A stretch of DNA of 64,000 nt from Octopus sinensis (taxonomy: Eukaryota). Location of the stretch: positions 119,102,001-119,166,000 of the forward strand of contig NC_042998.1 in NCBI RefSeq assembly GCF_006345805.1, written 5' to 3'. Below the pieces are notes generated by a model. That model had not been told where the DNA came from. It saw nothing but the letters and a program-made list of their open reading frames with translations, and made no database searches. The translations under genes and the position numbers were made by a program. Below, in pieces: positions 53,851 through 64,000 of this stretch. Every line of letters begins with the position of its first letter. Position 1 is the stretch's first letter.

Positions 53851-54403
53851 GATGATGAGAGGAGGAGAGTAGTAGGAGGTGGATCTGATTTTTTTGTCAC
53901 TGAGAAATGATTTAAGGGTTTTTGCTTCGTTTTTGTTTTTTTTGTGTTTTTGTATTTTATTACACAGAAAATTGGTGTTTAAAATCTCAGAAAATATTCG
54001 TAATCAATGTATTGAAAATTGGTGATGATTAAGACTGTTTTCAATATTAAGGATACTTAAATAATATCGTCATTACTGAGGAATGGTTCGAACGAAGGAA
54101 TGATTGAACGAATGAAGAGGAGAAAGGAAGGAGGAAAGAAAGAAAGAAAAAAAAGAAAGACCGAATGAATGAATGACAAAAAAGGGAAAACTAAAAAAAT
54201 TAATGTGAAAGAAGGAAGTTAAAGACAGAAACGAAGGAAGGAAGGAAGAAAGGAAGGAAGGGAGGAAGGGAGGGAGGAAAATAAAATGCAAGGAAAAAGA
54301 ACGAAAGAAAGAAGGATTAATATTGAAAACGAAGAAAAAGAAAAATAGAATGATTGAATGAAAGAATGAAGGAATAGATGAATGAATGAATGAATGAGTG
54401 AAT

Positions 54404-54436
<33 letters not shown>

Positions 54437-54786
54437 AAAAAGAAAGAAAAATGGAAGAATGACTGAAAATAAAAATTCAGGAGAACAATTTATGACTCTC
54501 ACATAATATCGACCGAATAGCAAACGCTTATCAGAGAAAGCGGTTGGAAGGAGAAGGAAAGGAAATGGTAGAGGAAACGTTAGAATTGGTAAATGACGGA
54601 GAATAAGAAATATTTAACCTCTAAGTTCAACTAATTTGCAGTTCTGCTCATATTTAGAAGGGACGTTTTATCTTTGTTTTTGGGGTATTTTTTTCTACTT
54701 AAATATATCTTTCTTTTCTTTCGCAGCCTTGGGCAACTAGAAATGCGGTTAACACGGAAGTTGGTCATCAATATATCAGTATATGC

Positions 54787-54900
<114 letters not shown>

Positions 54901-55219
54901 AGAAATATTCGTATTAAATATGTATGATACGCGTACACATACACACACACACAATCACAGACATGCATACACAAACACACAAATACACATTCATACACAT
55001 ACATGCATATATATACGCATACACACACATACGCACATGTATATGTATTTGTAATGGGAGATAGGTGATAAAAATGATAAATAAAAAGTGTTGTTTTTTG
55101 TTTTCGATAGGATTCAGGGGAAGTTTTTTTTAATAGAAGCCCCTTCGGGCAGTTAGTTATTTACAATAATAAATATACAAATTCATATTTGTCTCCCATT
55201 TTCTCTCTCTTTCAACTCC

Positions 55220-55290
<71 letters not shown>

Positions 55291-55361
55291 GAAAGATATA
55301 TATATTTACATACATACATACCTACATAAATACATACATATATGTATACATACATACACAC

Positions 55362-55394
<33 letters not shown>

Positions 55395-56274
55395 CATATG
55401 TGTGTGTATAGCATATACCCTATAATTGCTAACGTTCCAGAAGTTATTTCAACAACATTGATTCGTGCATTATGATTTTGACGACGTTTTATTAAAAGAG
55501 GATGCATACGCACTCATACACATGCTCATAGACACACAAACACACGCATTCACAAACACATGCATACACACACATATAGATATATATATGTGGGGGTGGA
55601 TGCGTGTGTGCGTGTGTGTGTGTGAGTGCGTGTATGTGCGTGTGCGTGTGTGTGTCTGTGTAAAAAAATTTTCTTCGGGCAACAAGAAATACTCTGTGTT
55701 AAAATTTTATTGAGAAATCCCAGTACAATTAAAAACATAATATCTCGATCGGATGTATTGATAAACTTAAATCTAGTTAGTACGCTAAAATTAGACTTAG
55801 TTAACATAATCAAAATGCTTATGACAGCCGTTAAAATTATTCTTGCCTTACGCAAAAACGGTCTAATATACAAATTCCTATTTGTCTTCCATTTTCTCTC
55901 TCTTCCTCTCCCTCACCTCTCCCTATCTCTCTCTCTCTCTCTTCCTCTCTCCCTCTCTCTCTCTCTCTCTCTAGAAAGATATTTATATATATGTATATTT
56001 ACATACATACCTGCAATGCTAACTGTACACACATTTCCATCAGAGACGGACCAAAATGAATACAGTTCGATCACTAGGAACGCACCTACGAAAAGCAGAA
56101 GCGTTTTAATGCACGTCATCATCAATTTGATTCTGTCAACTAAGTCCCATTTTAATTAAGCATCGGATAACTGGTTTCCCCTGAAGATCGCGACTGCGTG
56201 AAACTCAAGTCGGGAGACAAACACTCGGCTACAGACTTAATTAAAAAGAAACATAGTTTGTACATGTCTTGAAC

Positions 56275-56640
56275 ACTTGCTTCCCAGCCACATGATTCCT
56301 GGTTCAATCTCCCTGCACGGCATCTTGGACTGGTGTCTTTTACTCTAGCAACGAGCCGACCAAAAGCCTTGTGTGTAGATTTGGTAGACGGAAATTGAAA
56401 GAAGCCCACCTATATGTATGTATATATGTATATATTTATGTGTGTCTTTGTATCTGTGTTTGTCTCCCTATCACCGCTGGACAACCGGCGCCGGTGTGTT
56501 TACATCTCTGTAAATTAGCGGTTCGGCAAAACATACCGATATGATAAGTACTAGGCTTAAAAAATAAGTCCTGAGGATGATTTGTTCGACCAAAATCTTT
56601 CAAGGCGTCAAATGACCGAAACAAGTAAAAGAGTAAAAGG
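56275..56640 (+). mobile_element. Diverged SINE family A
   Basis: Collinear with the family consensus from head to gaaacaagtaaaagag tail. Confidence 0.8.
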
Positions 56641-56714
56641 ATACATACACACACACATACACACACACAACACGCGCACACACACACACACACACACCAC
56701 ACACACATATATGC

Positions 56715-56881
56715 GCAGGCGAGGTTGTGTGATAAGAAGCTTGATTCCCAACCACATGGTTCCGGGTTCAGTCCCTCTGCGTGACAGGTTTCTTCTACTA
56801 TACCTTCTGGCTGACCAAAGCCTTGTAAAGGGATTTGGAAGGTGGAACCTAAAAGAAGTTCGTTGTATGTATGTGTGTGTG

Positions 56882-56914
<33 letters not shown>

Positions 56915-57095
56915 TGTGTAGTTATGTGTGTAGTTACGTCTGTGTTTATCACTCCCACCACTACCATCGCTTGACAACCGATACTAGTGTGTTTACGTCC
57001 CCGCAACTGGGTTCGATTTCTGCGACTAAAAATCCATTTAAGATGGTGCTCCAGTATGCCCGCAGTCAAATGACTGAAAGAGTAAAAGAATAAAA
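56715..57095 (+). mobile_element. Diverged SINE family A (tandem to the previous copy)
   Basis: ggttccgggttcagtccc head; ggtgctccagtatgcccgcagtcaaatgactgaaa tail. Confidence 0.8.
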
Positions 57096-57112
57096 GGAAT
57101 AAAATAAATAAT

Positions 57113-57181
<69 letters not shown>

Positions 57182-57336
57182 TATAAGTAGGGATGACCAC
57201 TAAGTGGACATTCAATATGCTAGAAGTAGATCACCTACGATCTAACCGCACAGAAAATAATGTTCTCTAGAAAAATTCAGCAAACACCAGAGCATAAGCG
57301 GGTAAAACAGATGAAAATATACAAAATAAAGAATTA

Positions 57337-57404
57337 ATCGTAGAGCGATTTCGCCATTAACGATTTTACGTACGTAACACCGTCTGTGGACTCTTCAGTA
57401 CGAC
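57337..57404 (-). ncRNA. Type I hammerhead ribozyme with extended stem II
   Basis: GUCGUA-CUGAAGA-GUCCA-CA-GACGGU-G-UUACGUACGUAA-A-AUCGUU-AA-UGGC-GAAA-UCG-CUC|UACGAU: 6-bp stem I, intact core, CUC triplet. Confidence 0.75.
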
Positions 57405-57657
57405 CGTTCTAATTCAATATAACTTGAAGAACTATATATGGATTGTCCTCATAAAATTCGACGTAGGTACAGTTCTACTGATTACATTGGGGTTATTATT
57501 ACATTGAGGTTATATGCTAGACTACTGGTTTTAAATTTATGCTAATTAAATCAATATTCAATTTATCGCCCTCATTATTTTAATTAATATATATATATAT
57601 ATATATATATACATACATACTTATATACATATATGTATGTATGTATGTATGTATATA

Positions 57658-57714
<57 letters not shown>

Positions 57715-57882
57715 AAAATAGTCGTCACTAATTGTGATGTGCTACGAGAACACTCGACTGTACAGTTTCGTCCTAATGGGAATTGTCAACGGTTTGCCTC
57801 CATTGCTTCCATAAATTTTGCCTATACGGTTTATATTGCACCCAGCTGCTCATATATATATATATAATATATATATATATAT

Positions 57883-58023
<141 letters not shown>

Positions 58024-58805
58024 ATAGATGTCTACATGAATTAGAGATTAAGCAACCGTCTAAAGGATAATAAATATCCAATATGCTAATGGATGTATAC
58101 CTATGTATTTATATCCAAGTGCTTGCTATTGGAGAGCAGTATCTCAATTGAATAATAAGTATGAATGAGGGTAAAAAAGAATTTTACCCAGAAGTTATAA
58201 GGCAAATAAGAAAATGGAGAGGATAATCAATCAACAAACATCAGCCTGTAAACATTCATCTGGATGTATTTATTAATTAATTACAATCATATGTACAAGT
58301 AATCAAAATAAATAAAATAAACAAATAAACAAGTAAATATACAGATAAATAAAAATAAATAAATGAATAAGAATAAATGAGTGAAAAAATACTAAACTCT
58401 TACAGCGGTTTCTACTATGAGGTTGTCTAATTTGCCAAGTTTTCCACATCATAGCAGTAATATACAGGGATTGTACAAAGGTTGAACAAACATTGGACAG
58501 GGTTTGGACAATAATTGAGCCCCAAAGCTTCAACAATGGAACTGCTAACTACTATTACAATGGAGAACAAATGAAAAACATATTTTGGTGCCTCAGACTT
58601 TAGACCCGATTTTACGTATATTCAATCCTTCGAATAAGAATATGTTCTTCATTTCTTTCTAGTAGCTCTTCCATTTGAAATAATGTACAGCTGCCCACAC
58701 ATGAATCTGGGATAGGCCAGCGACAAGGAAATTTTAGAATTAAATATTGTCTGTAATATATTTGACAAATACTTGAATATACATTCAGGGAACAAAGATA
58801 ATCCA

Positions 58806-59480
58806 TTTCTTATTTTGTGAAGAGGGCATACTTAAGCTATTTGAAAATAAAACTAAGGGTACAATCCAAGATAAAACATGGGCTCCACACATTGTCTGTG
58901 AAACTTGTATTGAACACCTTCGGCAGTGGACAAATGGTACGAGGAAATGTCTGAAATTTGGTATACTTATGGCGTAGAGAGAACAGAGGAATCACATTGA
59001 AGATTGTTTCTTCTGTCTGGTTAACATATCTAGCATTAATGGACGTAATCGGAGCAAATGGATGTATCCTGACTTAGACTCGGAAAAACGACCTATTATA
59101 CACTCAGATGAAACACCAGTCCCATCATTCATTAATCTAGAAGAGCTCCCTGAAGAAGATGAATACTGTTCTTCGCCTGCAAATAGCAGACATGATGCCG
59201 GTGAGTTTGAAGAGCACAAATTTTTAATCAGCCGGGGCTCAATGACCTCGTTAGAGAGCTATATCTTCCAAATAAATCAGCAGAATTGTTAGTGTCTAGA
59301 CTAGTAGAGACGAATTTATTGCATCCGGAAACCAAAATCACATACTATCGCAATAGAGAAAGAGATTTGCTGCTGTTCTTCTCAGAGGAAAGTGGTTTTG
59401 TTTTTTCTAACAATGTTCAAGGTTTGCTGGTGAAAATTTACATATCACAATATCTACCAAGTGAATGACGGCTGTTTATA
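58806..59480 (+). pseudogene. DNA transposase N-terminal relic, Chapaev3-like, interrupted by PLE copy 2
   Basis: QDKTWAPHIVCETCIEHLRQWTNG..FGILMA*RE..NH..DCFFC..YPDLDS..RP..H; LNDLVREL..AELLVSRL..YRNRE..E*RLFID. Family name recalled, not searched. Confidence 0.65.
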
Positions 59481-60207
59481 GACAGGACATCCGTATACCA
59501 CAAGCCGACCTTCACTGCCTAAAACATCGAACAATGAATATAAGTAGCGACCGTGATACCCACTACGAAGACATGATCAAGCTCAGTAACAATCTATTAA
59601 GCAAGAACTACACCAAAAAGCATACTCTCCAATCCAAATATGAAGAAAAGAGAGGCTGAAACCGATAAACTGTCCACAGTCTGTCTACTCTATGTGAAAT
59701 GCCTCTCCGAAATGGTACAAAAGATATGCAGCCCATATGATATCAGGACAGCATTCAAAAGTAATACAACACTTCGCAAATATCTCCTTTGAGTAAAACC
59801 ACCAATACAAGAGAATATGACTAACAATTGCTTGTACTCCATCCCATGCAGCTGTGGTAGGTTATACAAAGGCGAAACATGCTGCCCCTCAAAATAAGGG
59901 TAAACGAACATCACAAAGCTGTGACACATGGAGATATTGATAAATCGGGTATAGCTGAAAATGGAGACCACTTCGCACTGTGGGATGAAATTTAAAATAA
60001 TAGACAGAGAACACCACTGGAAAATACGAAAACTAAAAGAAGTAGCACATAATGCTAGGGCACAACCTCCTAAGCAGACTGAGTGCAGATATGAGCAGCA
60101 TATGAGAGCTGGTATTTAGGAAGGATATGAGAATATTTGATGTATAAGCTCTAAAATTCACTCTATAATTGCCCACAAGCATATGGCGTAGTGGTTAAGA
60201 ATATGTA

Positions 60208-60262
<55 letters not shown>

Positions 60263-60452
60263 CAACAACAACAACATCGAAAAATACCTTAGGAATGAGA
60301 ACCCGGTTCGAAATTTCCTCAAGACACCTGATGAAGGTTGGATGGTATATCAGCCGAAACGTTGTTAACAACAAACAAGGTGACAAATGTCTGTCAATAG
60401 TAAATAATGTAAATAATATGCATAATTCCTCATCTCTTAAATATAGAACTGT
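59480..60452 (+). mobile_element. PLE copy 2: GIY-YIG 3' region plus terminal repeat with A-box and hammerhead
   Basis: Highly similar to 10275-10968 (LYSIPCSCGRLYKGET); then gcatatggcgtagtggttaag, (AAT)n, HHR and the end ctcatctcttaaatatagaactg. Confidence 0.88.
60323..60368 (+). ncRNA. Minimal type I hammerhead in the PLE terminal repeat
   Basis: GACAC-CUGAUGA-A-GGUUG..CAGCC-GAAACGUU|GU; core and stem II intact; stem I shortened relative to the 35 kb copy. Confidence 0.7.
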
Positions 60453-60864
60453 ATTACCTCATTTTATACATATTTATATATTTACTTGTTTCAGTCATTT
60501 GACAGAGGCAATGATAGGGCACCACTTTGAAGGGTTTTAGTCGAACAAATCGCTCCCAGGACTTATTTTCTTTTTCTTAAGCCAGGTAATTGGAATGAGA
60601 GGTAATGAGCCAAGGGTGGATGCACGCAAAATTGGAAAGGCAGCTGAAAGAGCCTCTTGTTTGTTTTGTATCAAGCTAGAAGCCAAGAGGAGATGAGGAG
60701 CAGTTACTTGGCCACCTCTGCTGACCCACCAACGGGAAGGGGTTACGGTTCAGGGTCAAAACACCCGATGAACGTTGGATACCGTCTGACGACATCAGTT
60801 CCTCTTGACCAAGGCTCCATTCACTTTGGTGAATGGAAAAATCATTTCCTTATATGTGTTATTA

Positions 60865-60872
60865 ATGTGTGT

Positions 60873-60945
<73 letters not shown>
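60865..60945. repeat. (GT)n microsatellite
   Basis: Direct reading. Confidence 0.95.
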
Positions 60946-60949
<4 letters not shown>

Positions 60950-61520
60950 CATAATTCACAAGTGTTGATAATTTGTCACGGATTTATGGGGAATCGAAAC
61001 CATAAATTCTGTTTAGTTTGCAGTACAGTTTACAGTTGTGCAATTGCCCTTTCATTGAGTGCTCCTTGGCATGCAAACTTATTTAATTAAATCACATTCA
61101 GGCAGCTAAGAGATTTAACAACAGCAGGAAATTAAACTGAAGAGGTGAAAGCTTGTTACCAAATATAATTCATATTTAATTAAAATATTGATTTCTAACA
61201 GGCAAAAGTTCACAAAGGTTTGAAGGGGCGAGCACAGTGAATAAAATTGAACACAGTACTTAAGTGGCATTTATTTAATCGATCAAATGATGCGTAAAGA
61301 ACGCAGTCACTCTCATTGCGATTTTATTTTATAACTTAGAAATACATAATTGGAAACTGCAGGGTACCGGCCTAATTGAAAATATATTTCTTGCTAAATG
61401 AGAAAGAAATAAACAGTAATGTGAAAGTTATGTTTATGAATTTAAATGTGTATTTACCCATTTCCAGCCCTTTCATCACTTCATGAAAGAAATTATATTT
61501 TTACTCTCTTGTGTGTGTGT

Positions 61521-61554
<34 letters not shown>

Positions 61555-62356
61555 GAAAGAGAGAGAGAGTTTATAATTTGTTTACGTAAACAAATTCTGA
61601 TAAGAAACATAATTTGCTAATTTGTGATCTTAAGAATTTTGTATCATGAAAACACGCATCAAAATATCGATCTCTAATATTGATAGAAACGCAATGGATT
61701 TGCATAAATCATTGTGGTAATTAATTTCTGGTTTACTACCTAGAGTTCAAATCTGCCACAGTCGACTTACTTTTTATGCTATTTTTGGTGGGGTGGGGTC
61801 TCAACTGTTGTCGGTATATTCGATTATTGCTGATATATTCGACTATAGTCGTTATATCCGACTATAATCGTTATATTCGATTATACCTTCACTCAGAATT
61901 GGTGACTTTGTGTCTATCTTAGACATTTATATATTATATAGCTATATAGCTAATAAAAATTTGCTTCGCAGCTACGTATATCTCTGAGTTGCATCTCACT
62001 AAATAACGCCTTGGATAAATATCTTCTACTATAGCTACGATTCGACTGATGCCTGCTGAGTTAAATTTAGTGGGTGAAATTTGTTTGTGTGCAGTAACTT
62101 TATTCAACAAATAAGGTGAGATAAGATAAATACTAGACTTTAAAATAAATAGTGGCACTGATATGATCAATTAAACAATTGATACCGGTGGCCCAACATG
62201 ACTACAGGTCAATAACTGAAACAGCTAAAAGAATACAAAAAGAGTGCATATAAACAATTTCTTCCACAGTTTTCAAATACTTCAAGTTCGATTATAAATA
62301 TTTTATAGTAGAGTCCCTGAATTAATTAGGATACTAAGTTCAGAACGAAGCTGAAC

Positions 62357-62605
62357 TTAAAATCGTTGTTTTGTCCAAATAATCTTTTTCGGAGATTTAA
62401 AGTACTCTAAGTCCTTATCTTTCTTATCGGGATGCTTCAAATCGAAGTGCCTTTTCAAACGTGATGGCTCCATCGCCTCGTTAGAAAAAGTCACCTTGCA
62501 AACTAAACACTTTGGTGACAGATGATTTGACGGTGATGAGATGAATCCAAGCCGCAAATACACGATATTGTATCGTCTGGATTTTTTCTTAATCGACGAT
62601 GCCAT
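62357..62605 (-). pseudogene. hAT (Buster/Charlie-like) transposase N-terminal BED zinc-finger fragment
   Basis: RRYNIVYLRLGF..PKCLVCKVTFSNEAMEPSRLKRHFDLKH..KDLEYF; truncated; no TIR identified. Confidence 0.75.
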
Positions 62606-63744
62606 AACTTTTTGGATTAAATCACGCTACTGTTCGCCTATATAAACAGATCAAAAGTTTTATAAACAAACTTACTTTTATGAGTTCCGGTAAGTGTGAT
62701 AGTCTCAACGATTTAAATGGAATAACAGTAAAATATATAAAACAAGGACAGCAAGCGGTTGGCAAGAAAAAATCAAACACCGAGTCGCTGATTGAATACA
62801 GATTGGGAATGTTTTACGGTCAATAGGCTGTGGAGTAGCAAATGCTAAGCGGGATCAACTGCATTTAAGCAACTAGGCGAACAGTAGCAAAGTGGGAGAT
62901 ATTTTCCAGGTCAGTATACTCAGCTAGATGAGATCTTAGTAACTGGGATAGGACCAATTACGTGGAAGTAGATACACCATGAGATTTACGGATCTTATGT
63001 ATACATACATGGCGGAATTATTATATAAGCACGTGCTAAAACCCCTCATAACTTTTTATTTTTACAAATTTTTACAAAATTCTTTCGATTCTGTCTTCTG
63101 CATAATGGAATTGATAATATTATGCAAAAAGATTTTTTAAAATCTAACCATGCCCCCCTCCCATCCCTACAAACACACCCAATATGTTTTTTTTTTCATT
63201 CGTGGACAGTCCGAAACTACCACTCGTTTCTCTTTATAATTTCCAAATAATTATTTTTAAATACTTTAAAATTAAAATTGCGTAAATATGTGTGTCAGAA
63301 ACAGTAGATAAAAATTAAGGAAATAGATTTCTGGGAAATCACTTATTATGAGTGACTTTTATTCCATTATTATAATATCTTCTGGAACTTAAACATATAC
63401 ATGTATAAATGCATACAGACATTCAAATATATACACACACATACATTTTTACAGGGTTAAAAGTAGTACATCCTTGGGGACTACTTAAGAAGAGTAGATC
63501 CGTAGTACCCATCCTTGTACATATATATATATGTATATATATATTTCGGCATATCTTCACAATTGTGCCACAAAGACTTGCTTCTTCATAACCTTGAGAA
63601 AATTAAATATTTCTTTTCCACAAATATGCTTCAGATCGTGTAGATTCCGATTAAATTGGAATTCATTGTGAAAACCGTGTGTCCCTAAAGAAGTTTTAGA
63701 AAATTCACATCATTAGGCTTTCTCGTATTTTTTCGTTTCTTTTT

Positions 63745-64000
63745 TTGTTTCAGTTATTTGACTGCGGCCATGCTGGAGCACCGCCTTTAGTCGAGCAAAT
63801 CGACCCCTGGACTTATTCTTTGTAAGCTTAGTACTTATTATATCGGTATTTTTTGCCGAACCGCTAAGTTACGCAGACGTAAACACACCAGCATCGGTTG
63901 TGAAGCGATGTTGGGGGGACAAACACCGACACACACAAACACATAAACACATATATATATATACACATATATACGACGGGCTTCTTTCAGTTTCCGTCTA
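63745..64000 (-). mobile_element. SINE family A (runs off the window end)
   Basis: Nearly identical to 4047-4464 and 6626-7020. Confidence 0.92.

Noticed and set aside
57325-57340. 16-mer cgattaattctttatt shared with 45175-45190
   Set aside because: AT-rich, opposite orientation relative to the two HHRs, and plausible by chance; not used to link the families.
60785-60850. CUGACGA...GAAA on the + strand
   Set aside because: The nearby cattcac/gtgaatg hairpin excludes the core, and there is no stem I or III.

Overview
AT-rich eukaryotic DNA saturated with microsatellites and transposons. The SINE families and repeat landscape look like Octopus or another cephalopod (inference from recalled repeat families, not a search). 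I found no supportable host gene exon, rRNA, true tRNA or CRISPR array, and most listed ORFs are microsatellite read-outs. The window is a nested transposon graveyard: (1) a near-full-length L1/Tx1-clade LINE at 45179-50846 (-) with a 14-bp TSD, and a second, ORF1-only Tx1-like element at ~4465-6330; (2) two Penelope-like elements (RT plus GIY-YIG); (3) a CR1-group LINE and a 3' fragment of a relative; (4) RTE-like and RLE-type LINE 3' relics; (5) a mariner with intact TIRs; (6) a Rep/helicase Helitron and a matching mini-Helitron; (7) Chapaev3-like and hAT-BED transposase relics; (8) at least three tRNA-derived SINE families. The most notable signal is RNA-level: about nine minimal type I hammerhead-ribozyme (HHR) motifs from about six unrelated sequence families, all folded by eye and untested. 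They include an HHR-bearing 356-bp direct-repeat unit (retrozyme-like) that the Tx1 element split next to the ribozyme, a tRNA-headed HHR element tied to Penelope terminal repeats, and a candidate HHR with a swapped G3-C8 catalytic core.
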